The position numbers and the translations under genes were made by a program. From the IMG/VR virus record IMGVR_UViG_3300008111_000060: a DNA stretch of 64,000 nucleotides. The stretch is one strand, 5' to 3'. Source of the DNA: an uncultured virus (IMG/VR IMGVR_UViG_3300008111_000060) (taxonomy: Duplodnaviria > Heunggongvirae > Uroviricota > Caudoviricetes). Under the pieces are notes generated by a model, which saw only the letters and a program-made list of their open reading frames with translations, was not told the origin of the DNA and did not search any database. Shown here piece by piece: positions 8,116-16,975 of this stretch. Numbering within the stretch: position 1 is the stretch's first letter; the number at the start of each line of letters is the position of its first letter.

Positions 8116-8760
8116 ATGAGCATAGGAAATTTAAAAGACAATGGTAATAAGGGCAACAATTTTCCCTACCAACTTAGAACTCTACAATTATTAGGTTCTA
8201 TTAACGATGCTATTACTGCTTTACCAGGAGTAGATTATGAAACAAGAACTAGTACATATGAAGCTACTACTAACGGTACAGGATATTCTACAGGAAATAT
8301 TATAGTAAGATATGATATTATAGATGTAGCTACATCAACAATAACTACTACTATGTGGTTTAATGATACGCTGCAAACTGTTATCGCACAACCACCTTCT
8401 GGAGATATTGTATTATTATCTAATTCTGGAGATGTTAATGTAAATGATGGTAGCGGTAATCCTATTACAAGTACATCAACTTTACCGGGAGTAAATGGTT
8501 TAGATGTTTATGTTTTAAACACTTTTGCAACAGAAGTAACAGCACAAGATATTAGAAATAATGTAACATCTAAGATAGAAAGAATAAAAGGCGCAGATGA
8601 TTACAATAGAGCTATTACTTATATAGATCCTGTAAATGGAGATTTTAGAGTATTTACTGTTATACATACAGGAACAACACTTGTAGGTAGTGAAACAATA
8701 ACAGAAACATTTACTTATTATCTTGCAACTGATAATGTAACTAATATTCAATACAATTAA
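8116..8760 (+). CDS. Hypothetical virion-associated protein
   Basis: Thr/Asn-rich ORF within the fibre block. Confidence 0.7.
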   Translation: MSIGNLKDNGNKGNNFPYQLRTLQLLGSINDAITALPGVDYETRTSTYEATTNGTGYSTGNIIVRYDIIDVATSTITTTMWFNDTLQTVIAQPPSGDIVLLSNSGDVNVNDGSGNPITSTSTLPGVNGLDVYVLNTFATEVTAQDIRNNVTSKIERIKGADDYNRAITYIDPVNGDFRVFTVIHTGTTLVGSETITETFTYYLATDNVTNIQYN

Positions 8761-8762
8761 TA

Positions 8763-11700
8763 ATGGCATATAAATATAATCCCATATCAGGTCAGCTTGA
8801 TTTAGTTTCGGATCTTACTTTTACTACTATTACTGCTGGTTTAGGATATACACCTGTTAATGTATTAGGTGATACTATGCTTGGCAATTTAATATTAAAT
8901 GCTGATCCAACAACAGCACTAGGTGCAGCTACTAAACAATATGTAGATAATATTGCAATAGGTTTAAATTTTCATGCGCCTGTACTTGCTGCTACAACAG
9001 CTCCTCTACCATCGGTTATTTATAACAATGGTATTGCTGGAGTAGGTGCAACTTTAATAGCAACAGCTCCTGGAGCTCTTAGTATAGACACTGTATCTTT
9101 TACAGGTGGAGAAAGAGTATTAATTAAAGATCAGGTATCTGGATTAGAAAATGGTATATATGTAGTTAATGTTCCCGGGGATGGATCAACACCTTTTGAA
9201 CTAGAAAGAGCAACAGATGCAGATAACTCACCTAGTGGTGAATTGACATACGGTGACTTTTGTTTTGTACAACAAGGTTTAAATAATGGTGCATTAGGTT
9301 ATATACTTAACACAACAGGAACTATTATACTTGGAACTACTTCTATAAGTTATGTAGTATTTAATGCAGGGCAAGTTGTAACGGCAGGTTATGGTCTATT
9401 AGAATTAACACCTAGTGTTTTATCAGTAGATACTTCGATAATATTAACAGCATCTGCAGCAGCATTAGCATATTATCCTTTATCTAGTAACCCTGCAGGG
9501 TATCTTACTTCAGGATCTTTATCAGGTTACGTTCCTTACACAGGAGCTACAGCTAATGTTGATTTAGATACGTATACATTAAAAACTAGTCAATTAAACA
9601 TATCTACTAAAGGAAGTATATCATCATCCGGTACTAATACATTACTTGTAAATAATACTGCAGCAGATGGTACTACTAAAGTTCAATTTAACGGAGTAGA
9701 TAGTTTAATATTAAAAGGAGCTACTACATCAAATACAGCTAGCTTAACTTATACCAAACCTACAAGAACAGGTTTAACTGGTGAGAATGTTAAAGGTATA
9801 CAAATAACAACAGGTACATCAGAATGGACTGATTGGGCAAATTTTCCTGGAGTATTACAAAAAGAAATTGAAATAACATCTCCTTATTATACAGTAACTG
9901 CACTACTACCGCCTCCTCCAGGTCCTAGTGGAGATTTTTATACATTATATATTAATGCTCCAACAGTTGATACTTGGGGTGTATATGGTAATGCTTTAGG
10001 TATATATGGTAACTTTCAAATGAAAGGTAATGCTACAGACTATCTTGGAGGAACTATATTAGATATAGGTAGTGATGGTGATGGTACTATTATAGGTCTA
10101 ACAGGAGCTAAGTTATCTTTCTTTGGTAATTCACCTATAGTACAACCTACAGGTATAACTACAGTACAAGGTCTTTCAACTGCTTTATCTAATCTTGGTT
10201 TAATAGCTACATCTACTTTAAGTTTTGGTACAACAGGTAGTGTATTATTTGCTGGAGTTTCTGGAGCACTAAGTCAAGATAATGCCAATTTCTTCTGGGA
10301 TGATTCAAATAATAGATTAGGTATTGGTACTAATACACCATCTAAAGAATTAACGGTAGTTGGAGATGCTCTTTTTGACCAATCAAAAGTAACAATAAAT
10401 CAAGTAACTGGCACAATAGGTTTAGATATAGTTCAATCTTCGGAGGCAATGTATCAATTAAGTAATAGTGGTACTGATTGGGCTTTAGTTGGTAAAACTC
10501 CTACTGAATTTTATTTTTATAACCAATTAGCAGTACCTATAAATTTTTATACAACTGCAACAAATAGGATGTCTATTCTATCTGGTGGTAATGTTAACAT
10601 AGGTAATTATGCTACTCCTTCTGCTCAAAGAATTTTAACAGTTGGCCAAGATAGCTCTTGGATTACCATGGGTTCTTTAGCAACATCAGTTGGAGTTGCT
10701 GCTATATATTTCAATCAGACTTCTCCAAGTGGTGGTGGTAATGCTGCATTATCAGGTACTAGTACTACAACTAACTTAAATGGTCCATCAACTCTTAATT
10801 TAAACACATTAGGTACACAAAGATTAACTATTACTTCTGTTCAAACTTCAGGAGCGGTTGTTGGATTTACATTTACAAAACCAGATAATACTAATCAAAC
10901 AGCATCTACTCCAGTTAATGGTGTGTTATGGACTTTAGGTTCAAGACAATGGGCAACAGGAGCTATTACTACACAAAAAGAATTTGAGTTAGCAACACCT
11001 ACTTACTCATTTGTAGGAGCATCTACAATAGCAAATGCTTATTCTTTATATGTAAATGCTCCCACAGCTGGTACAAATGCTACTATTACAAATAACTATG
11101 CTTTAGGTGTAAAAGGGCAAGTAGGGTTAGAATGGACAAGTGGAGGTGCAACAATGATAATAGGAGATTGGGGTGCTTTTTCAACTTATGGTTGGGGAAT
11201 AATAACATCTAATAATTTATTTAGATTACCAACTACTCTATATATTGGCGATACAAATTTTTCTATAAGAAGATCGAGTACAACAGGCATAATTGAACCT
11301 TTTAATAATATAACTTTACAATCTGGTAATACTACTGGTGGTCAAAAAACATATTTAGCAGGTATTCAATCAACTGGTCATGTAGGTATAGGAACACTAA
11401 CTCCTACAGAAAGATTAACAATCAGTGGTGGTAATGTATTAATAGAAGATGCTGGTAACTTGGTAGTAGGTTCAACAACCGGTACTAAGATAGGAACTGC
11501 AACAACTCAAAAAATTGGTTTCTTCAATGCTACTCCTATAGTTCAACCTGCTGCTACTACTAGTATTCAAGGAATAGCTACTGCATTAAGTAACTTAGGA
11601 TTAATAGCTTCTTCTACTATACAAGTACAAGAAGTTATTCAAGCTGCTTGTTCAGATGAAAACACAGCTATTACTGTAGGTACAGCTAAAGTAACATTTA

Positions 11701-11984
11701 GAATGCCTTATGCTATGACCTTAACAAGTGTTAGAGCATCTCTTTCTACAGCTCAAACTAGTGGAACAATATTTACAATAGATGTTAATCAAGGCGGGGT
11801 AAGCATATTTTCTACTAGACCTACAATAGATAATGGAGAAAAAACAACAACTACAGCAGCAACACCATCTGTTTTATCTACAACAGCTTTAACAGATGAT
11901 GCAGAAATTACAGTAGATGTTGATCAAATTGGTGATAGCACAGCTAAAGGATTAAAAATAACTTTAATAGGGTATAGAACATGA
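8763..11984 (+). CDS. Large fibre / receptor-binding-like protein, 1073 aa
   Basis: GDTMLGNLIL..DPT....AATKQYVD, GERVLIKDQ...ENGIYVV, RLGIGT.TP/VGIGT.TP motifs; Gly/Thr-rich with an internal duplication. Confidence 0.8.
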   Translation: MAYKYNPISGQLDLVSDLTFTTITAGLGYTPVNVLGDTMLGNLILNADPTTALGAATKQYVDNIAIGLNFHAPVLAATTAPLPSVIYNNGIAGVGATLIATAPGALSIDTVSFTGGERVLIKDQVSGLENGIYVVNVPGDGSTPFELERATDADNSPSGELTYGDFCFVQQGLNNGALGYILNTTGTIILGTTSISYVVFNAGQVVTAGYGLLELTPSVLSVDTSIILTASAAALAYYPLSSNPAGYLTSGSLSGYVPYTGATANVDLDTYTLKTSQLNISTKGSISSSGTNTLLVNNTAADGTTKVQFNGVDSLILKGATTSNTASLTYTKPTRTGLTGENVKGIQITTGTSEWTDWANFPGVLQKEIEITSPYYTVTALLPPPPGPSGDFYTLYINAPTVDTWGVYGNALGIYGNFQMKGNATDYLGGTILDIGSDGDGTIIGLTGAKLSFFGNSPIVQPTGITTVQGLSTALSNLGLIATSTLSFGTTGSVLFAGVSGALSQDNANFFWDDSNNRLGIGTNTPSKELTVVGDALFDQSKVTINQVTGTIGLDIVQSSEAMYQLSNSGTDWALVGKTPTEFYFYNQLAVPINFYTTATNRMSILSGGNVNIGNYATPSAQRILTVGQDSSWITMGSLATSVGVAAIYFNQTSPSGGGNAALSGTSTTTNLNGPSTLNLNTLGTQRLTITSVQTSGAVVGFTFTKPDNTNQTASTPVNGVLWTLGSRQWATGAITTQKEFELATPTYSFVGASTIANAYSLYVNAPTAGTNATITNNYALGVKGQVGLEWTSGGATMIIGDWGAFSTYGWGIITSNNLFRLPTTLYIGDTNFSIRRSSTTGIIEPFNNITLQSGNTTGGQKTYLAGIQSTGHVGIGTLTPTERLTISGGNVLIEDAGNLVVGSTTGTKIGTATTQKIGFFNATPIVQPAATTSIQGIATALSNLGLIASSTIQVQEVIQAACSDENTAITVGTAKVTFRMPYAMTLTSVRASLSTAQTSGTIFTIDVNQGGVSIFSTRPTIDNGEKTTTTAATPSVLSTTALTDDAEITVDVDQIGDSTAKGLKITLIGYRT

Positions 11985-12735
11985 TAATTAATCCATATTT
12001 TGCTCCCAATAGCGGAGGATCTGTACCTACAGGAAATTTAAGAGTATGGTTAAAAGCAGATACAGGTGTAACATATAATATATCAAATCAGGTAGCTCAG
12101 TGGAATACTCAAACAGGTAATGGTTTAAATGCTATTCAAAGTACCACAACAAATAAACCAACATATGTTGCAACAAATGCAAACTTTAATAATAAACCTA
12201 CAATAAATTTTTCTGCTGCAGGAGATGATTATATGACTTTTGCTATAAGTTCATTATTCAATTTTTCTTCAGGTTTTACAATATATGTTGTAGCTAAAGT
12301 ATCATTTACTAATACTTTTAACATGTTGCTTCAACATTCAAATGGCTCTACATGGACTCAAGGATGGGGAATACTTTATTATAGTTCTACAAATTCTTAT
12401 AGGTTTTTTGTAATAACTGGAATAATGTAGCAAATTATGTTGAAATACCACATACAAATACAGCATCTGCTCAGATATATAAGTTTAAATGGACAGGGAC
12501 AAATATTGTTGCTTCAATCTTAGGTAGTGTTCCAGCATCTGGAACAAAAGCATTTAGTGGTCCATATACAGATCCATCTTTATCTTATAGTCCAGAAATA
12601 GCTCGTGGAGGAGCAACCATTTATGATTTTTCATGTGATATTCCAGAAATACTAATGTATAATAGTGGAAATATTGGTACTCCTAATGAAACAGCTGTTG
12701 AAACTTATTTAAAATCAAAATACAATATAGCATAA
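11981..12735 (+). CDS. LamG/ConA-like carbohydrate-binding virion protein with a 1-nt frameshift near 12410
   Basis: LRVWLKADTG...P.INF...FTIYVV; the -1 frame from 12412 is open to TAA 12733-12735 and ends EILMYN...VETYLKSKYNIA, a typical ending for this family. Confidence 0.75.
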
Positions 12736-12737
12736 AA

Positions 12738-12751
12738 AAGTTTATATTTGC
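12738..12751 (+). promoter_or_regulatory. Bacteroidota-type -7 element (TATATTTG) overlapping an AAGTTTA box
   Basis: aagtttatatttgc matches TAnnTTTG. Confidence 0.55.
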
Positions 12752-12772
12752 AATAATTAAAAACCAACAACC

Positions 12773-12943
12773 ATGAGTGAACAAATTCAAATGCCCAAAG
12801 AAGAAGCTCTCAAGATTATTCAAAATGTTGCAGCAGCTTTTGTAGGTAATCTTAAAGATCACCAAGCAGTCCAAACAGCTTTAATAGTAATAGCTAAAGA
12901 GCTGGAAAAGACAAATGAAAAAACATTAGAAAAGGTAGATTAA
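12773..12943 (+). CDS. Small helical protein, 56 aa (MSEQIQMPKEEALKIIQNVAAAF...)
   Basis: Manually translated; AAACCAACAACC leader; terminator follows. Confidence 0.7.
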   Translation: MSEQIQMPKEEALKIIQNVAAAFVGNLKDHQAVQTALIVIAKELEKTNEKTLEKVD

Positions 12944-12958
12944 TCTCTGCCTTTTTTT
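12931..12958 (+). terminator. Intrinsic terminator
   Basis: aaaggtaga-ttaatc-tctgccttt followed by a T-run. Confidence 0.6.
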
Positions 12959-13016
12959 GTTTGCATTCTTTTGAAATATAAGTTATATTTGTTTTTATTA
13001 TTTATATTTATTTATT

Positions 13017-13322
13017 ATGCATATGACTCTGGAACTAGCAGAAACTATCATGGGTATATCAGGAGGATTAATTGGAATCCTGCTCCTAATATTAGGATAC
13101 TTTTTAAAGATAATCCACACAGATACTAAGAAAGCCATAGAAGAGGTTGGTAAAAACAAAGGTAGAATAGAACTGGTAGAGCAACAGCTTAACAGTGATG
13201 TGAAAAGATTAGAACAAACTACCCAGTTAGAACTAAGAACACTAGCGCAAACAGTGACTAAGCTCTCAGCAAGTGTTGACCAACTAGTTCAGATTCAATT
13301 ACAATCAGCAACAAAACACTAA
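13017..13322 (+). CDS. Membrane protein with one TM plus coiled coil (holin/lysis-associated candidate)
   Basis: GISGGLIGILLLILGYFL followed by a heptad-rich C-terminus. Confidence 0.6.
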   Translation: MHMTLELAETIMGISGGLIGILLLILGYFLKIIHTDTKKAIEEVGKNKGRIELVEQQLNSDVKRLEQTTQLELRTLAQTVTKLSASVDQLVQIQLQSATKH

Positions 13323-13323
13323 C

Positions 13324-13557
13324 ATGAAACTAAAAGATAAATATTGGGCTCCAACTCCTAAGAAATGGAGAAAAATTGGTGATGCTATTCTAGCAGCTGG
13401 TACATTTGTAACCGCAGGTGCTCTATTAGAGTATGATAAGATGAAAGAAATCTTTACACCTAAAGAGGTAAAAATAATTATTGCAGTAGCTTTTATATTA
13501 GGTGTAGCTGGTAAGTTTATAACAAACTTCTTTACAGAAGATAAAAAAGAAGAATAA
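13324..13557 (+). CDS. Holin-like protein (two hydrophobic segments, charged termini)
   Basis: PTPKKWRKIGD N-terminus, two hydrophobic stretches, EDKKEE tail. Confidence 0.6.
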   Translation: MKLKDKYWAPTPKKWRKIGDAILAAGTFVTAGALLEYDKMKEIFTPKEVKIIIAVAFILGVAGKFITNFFTEDKKEE

Positions 13558-13582
13558 CCATTTACTATATATTTTAAATTGC

Positions 13583-13611
13583 TCCCTAGAGAAATCTAGG
13601 GATTTTTTTTT
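13583..13611 (+). terminator. Intrinsic terminator, GAAA loop
   Basis: tccctaga-gaaa-tctaggga-T9. Confidence 0.9.
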
Positions 13612-13624
13612 ATTTAACTCTTGC

Positions 13625-13662
13625 AAGTTTAAACTTATCTTATTATATTTGTCTAAGTTTAA
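13625..13662 (+). promoter_or_regulatory. Promoter with palindromic AAGTTTAAACTT box and TATATTTG element
   Basis: 12-bp palindrome at 13625-13636; TATATTTG at 13644-13651; second AAGTTTA at 13655. Confidence 0.65.
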
Positions 13663-13679
13663 TTTAAAATATAATAGCC

Positions 13680-13964
13680 ATGTCAGAAGAAACCAACGCG
13701 CAAGAAAGACAAGCAACCCCTGAAGAAATCCAAAAACAAAGGGAGATTATGCTTCAGTTTTATGAAGAGGAAATACCTCTTTTAGAAAAGAGAAAACATT
13801 ATGATAGCTTACTAGCTGATATTGAAGAAGCTAGATTAAGAAGATTAGTAGCTATTGTTAGAGGTACAAATTTAACTAATCCTCCTCCACCGGAAGTAGA
13901 ACAAGAGGAAGAAGAGCAACCTGTTGAACAAGCTCCTAAGTCAAGAAAATTAAAAACTCAGTAA
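13680..13964 (+). CDS. Hypothetical coiled-coil protein
   Basis: First ORF after the promoter. Confidence 0.75.
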   Translation: MSEETNAQERQATPEEIQKQREIMLQFYEEEIPLLEKRKHYDSLLADIEEARLRRLVAIVRGTNLTNPPPPEVEQEEEEQPVEQAPKSRKLKTQ

Positions 13965-13979
13965 TTAAAAATTTTATCA

Positions 13980-14342
13980 ATGCCAAAAGTTAATCTAGTT
14001 GACAAGCGTCAAAAGCTTAATCTCTGGGATATTGTTAAATTTCAGCTGCTTACTCATTGCTATCTTAATAAAATAGTAATGAGTGAGGCTGAGTTGGATT
14101 GCCTTACTCTACTAGGAGTTACAGGTGAGTATGACTTAGCAGATTTTTGCGTTCAAGCTTCTAACAAAAAGATTTTTAAAACAACTCAATCTGTTAGAAA
14201 CTGTTTAACAAAAATGGAGAAAACAAGTTTTATTGTAAAAGAAGGTAAAAACAAAAAGAAAATATCATTGAATCCTGAGCTTAAGATACAGGCCGATGGT
14301 AATATTTGTTTGGATTTTAAATTTGTATACATTGCTGCCTAG
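13980..14342 (+). CDS. Putative winged-helix DNA-binding protein
   Basis: MSEAELDCLTLL...TTQSVRNCLTKMEKTSFIVKEG...ISLNP fits a wHTH pattern. Confidence 0.6.
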   Translation: MPKVNLVDKRQKLNLWDIVKFQLLTHCYLNKIVMSEAELDCLTLLGVTGEYDLADFCVQASNKKIFKTTQSVRNCLTKMEKTSFIVKEGKNKKKISLNPELKIQADGNICLDFKFVYIAA

Positions 14343-14727
14343 AAAAAGTAATAGTTTTATACCTGAAGTTGCTAAAGAATTTGAGGTATCTGAAAATACA
14401 GTGCAAGATATAGTTGATATCTATTGGAAAGAAATAAGAAAAGCGCTGACAGAAACTAAATCTCCTAGAGTTGTAGTTGCAAAGTTTGGATCTTTTAGGA
14501 TTAAAGAATCCCTGGTAGAGGAAACCTTGAATATGCATAAAACATTCTTAGAAAATAATAATCCTGAGAATATGACTTTTCTCAAACATCAGTGGAAAGT
14601 TGAAATAGAAAAGAGATTAGAAAATCTTTTAAAACTTGTAGAAGTTATAAAAGAAGATAAGGCGAAGAAGAAAGAAGTTAAATCTAAAAAACAAAGTAAT
14701 GAATCTCATAAAAATTTGGAAGAATAG
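14332..14727 (+). CDS. HU/IHF-like DNA-binding protein
   Basis: IPEVAKEFEVSENTVQDIVDIYWKEIRKAL...VVVAKFGSFRI; TTG start at 14332 inferred (track starts at 14296). Confidence 0.65.
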   Translation: MLPRKSNSFIPEVAKEFEVSENTVQDIVDIYWKEIRKALTETKSPRVVVAKFGSFRIKESLVEETLNMHKTFLENNNPENMTFLKHQWKVEIEKRLENLLKLVEVIKEDKAKKKEVKSKKQSNESHKNLEE

Positions 14728-15028
14728 AAAACAAATTATAGAGGGTATTAGAAATACTTGGATTAGACATCCTAAGATAGAAAGAATAGCTTTTGATAGA
14801 TTAGCTATTTGTGATGATTGTGATTTAATAGACAGGGAAGGATCCAAATGTGAATTACCAGGAAGCCAACCTTGCTGTGGAGAATGTGGGTGTAAGTTAT
14901 CTTTAAAAGCAAGGTCTTTATCATCAGAGTGTCCCCATCCTAAAGGGCCTAAGTGGAAAGCTCTTATGACCTATGCGGAGGAGGATATTTATTATGCTAA
15001 AATAAAATATAATCCAGATAAAGATTAG
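14699..15028 (+). CDS. Cys-rich zinc-binding protein
   Basis: RLAICDDC...C...CCGECGC.L..KARSLSSECP. Confidence 0.75.
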   Translation: MNLIKIWKNRKQIIEGIRNTWIRHPKIERIAFDRLAICDDCDLIDREGSKCELPGSQPCCGECGCKLSLKARSLSSECPHPKGPKWKALMTYAEEDIYYAKIKYNPDKD

Positions 15029-15060
15029 TAATTTAAAATCAACTCAAACACCAACTCAAA

Positions 15061-15894
15061 ATGTCAGTAACTTTTCAAGCACAAAATCACAAGTACCAGA
15101 GTCTTGATCCTAATGAAAATATAGATTGGATAAGTGTTACAACATTTATCTCTCAATTTAAACCTCAGTTTGATTCAAAAGCTGCAGCATTAAAAGCATC
15201 AGGAAATAAAAAATCTAAGTGGTATGGTTTATCTCCAGAAGTTATAGAAACTATATGGGAAAAAGAAGGTAAAAGAGCTACTGATTTAGGAACCTGGTAT
15301 CATAACCAAAGAGAAGAAGATACTCTAGGACACAATACTATTAATAGATCAGGACGTGATCTTTCAATAATAAGACCTATTTATGAAGGAGATTTAAAGA
15401 TAGCTCCAGATCAAAAGCTAGTAGAAGGAATTTATCCAGAGCATTTTGCTTATTTAAAATCTGCCGGTATCTGTGGCCAGTCTGATAGAGTAGAAGTAAT
15501 TAAAAATCTTGTAGATATATACGATTACAAAACCAACAAAGAAATAAAAACAGAAAGTTTTAAAAATTGGGAAGGTAAAAAAGAAAAGATGTTACACTGT
15601 TGTAGCCATCTAGACAATTGTAATTATAATCACTATGCTTTACAGTTGAGTGTGTATATGTATATAATATTAAAACACAATCCGCGATATAATCCTGGTA
15701 AAATTCAAATTCATCATATTATCTTTGAATCAGAATCAATTGATGAATATGGTTATCCTGTAGCAAAAAGAAATGATAAAGGAGAACCGATAGTAAAAGA
15801 CATTGTTCCATATGATTTACCTTATTTGAAAAAAGAAGTAATTGATATGATCAATTGGTTACATGATAATAGAAACAACTTAATTAAAAAATAG
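15061..15894 (+). CDS. PD-(D/E)XK nuclease (Cas4/RecB-like exonuclease family)
   Basis: SVTT, GTWYH, GICGQSD, IYDYKT and YALQLSVY motifs. Confidence 0.85.
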   Translation: MSVTFQAQNHKYQSLDPNENIDWISVTTFISQFKPQFDSKAAALKASGNKKSKWYGLSPEVIETIWEKEGKRATDLGTWYHNQREEDTLGHNTINRSGRDLSIIRPIYEGDLKIAPDQKLVEGIYPEHFAYLKSAGICGQSDRVEVIKNLVDIYDYKTNKEIKTESFKNWEGKKEKMLHCCSHLDNCNYNHYALQLSVYMYIILKHNPRYNPGKIQIHHIIFESESIDEYGYPVAKRNDKGEPIVKDIVPYDLPYLKKEVIDMINWLHDNRNNLIKK

Positions 15895-15897
15895 ATT

Positions 15898-16146
15898 ATG
15901 ACAGATTTTGAAGTAGTGTTAGAAAACATTAAACTAAAAGAAGATTTAGGAATAGAACAATTAATAATTGCAAATTGCACAATAGATTTATTCAGCGTTA
16001 TTGCTTATAGAGAATCCTATACAGAAGACGGTGAGCTTGAGCCTTATACAATTGTAGTTTTACCATATGGTGTAGCCTATTGTTTAAATATTCCTTATGA
16101 AGAATTTAAAATATTACATAACCGAGAAGTAAGAGGTATAAAATGA
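15898..16146 (+). CDS. Hypothetical protein
   Basis: ORF in a tightly packed operon. Confidence 0.7.
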   Translation: MTDFEVVLENIKLKEDLGIEQLIIANCTIDLFSVIAYRESYTEDGELEPYTIVVLPYGVAYCLNIPYEEFKILHNREVRGIK

Positions 16147-16283
16147 GCAATGATGAATATCAACAACAACAATTTTGGAGAGATAAAATAGAAGATAAAA
16201 AACCTAAAAGTGTTTCTTGCCCAACGGTAGAAAAACTTAAAAAACAAAAACATGATAAAACTATTCGATATACAAGGAGATAA
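16143..16283 (+). CDS. Possible small ORF, 46 aa (MSNDEYQQQQFW...)
   Basis: ATGA overlap with the previous stop and fills the gap, but overlaps the next gene by 32 nt. Confidence 0.35.
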   Translation: MSNDEYQQQQFWRDKIEDKKPKSVSCPTVEKLKKQKHDKTIRYTRR

Positions 16284-16764
16284 ACTTATACCAACAGAGC
16301 ATTGTTATTCTCTTAACTTTTTAAAAGTTATTATGGATAAACATCCTGATGACTATCTCACAGTTTATAAGTATTTGTTTTATATGAGCTGTAGAAATGA
16401 AGATTTAAATCCTTTTTTTAATATGCCGGAAGATGAAAAAGAGGATATGATATTAAAAGAAATAGATGCTGATTTTTCTACAGACGAAGATGAGATTGTA
16501 CAAGCTCTAGAAAAGTGTATTAAGTTATATGAAACTCCTACACTTAGAGCTTATAGTGGGATGGCCAAAATGATGGATAGACTAGCAGACTACATGGAGA
16601 ATACACCGCTTACCCATGGTAGAGATGGAAACTTGCCTGCAGTGTTAGCAGCTGCTAAAAACTTTGAGGCTATACGTAACTCTTTTAAAGGTATCTTTAA
16701 GGACTTACAAGAAGAACAAAAAGGTAGAAACCGCGGTGGTGCAGATTTAGCTTATGATCAATAA
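16252..16764 (+). CDS. Conserved protein upstream of terminase (small terminase subunit candidate)
   Basis: Helical 170-aa ORF ending RNRGGADLAYDQ; position before TerL. Confidence 0.55.
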   Translation: MIKLFDIQGDKLIPTEHCYSLNFLKVIMDKHPDDYLTVYKYLFYMSCRNEDLNPFFNMPEDEKEDMILKEIDADFSTDEDEIVQALEKCIKLYETPTLRAYSGMAKMMDRLADYMENTPLTHGRDGNLPAVLAAAKNFEAIRNSFKGIFKDLQEEQKGRNRGGADLAYDQ

Positions 16765-16975
16765 TATGAAAAATAAAGACAACCTCTATGACTGGTTATT
16801 CCATTATAACCATATTCAAAATCTTTGGACTGCTTTTAAAAGAGAAGATTCAATAGATTATTTTAATGGTAAATTAGTAGACAAAATTACTTCCAAAAAG
16901 CATAGTACTTTAGTAGATATAATTTTGAAGACTAATGGTGATAAAGCTCTTATTAAAAAAATGATACATGAGTAA
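16754..16975 (+). CDS. Hypothetical protein
   Basis: ORF overlapping both neighbours. Confidence 0.7.
   Translation: MINNMKNKDNLYDWLFHYNHIQNLWTAFKREDSIDYFNGKLVDKITSKKHSTLVDIILKTNGDKALIKKMIHE

Noticed and set aside
4889..12735. Diversity-generating retroelement targeting the fibre genes
   Set aside because: No reverse transcriptase and no template/variable repeat pair differing at adenines is visible in this window
15061..15894. Cas4 as part of a CRISPR system
   Set aside because: No other cas genes or array; solo PD-(D/E)XK nucleases are common in these phages
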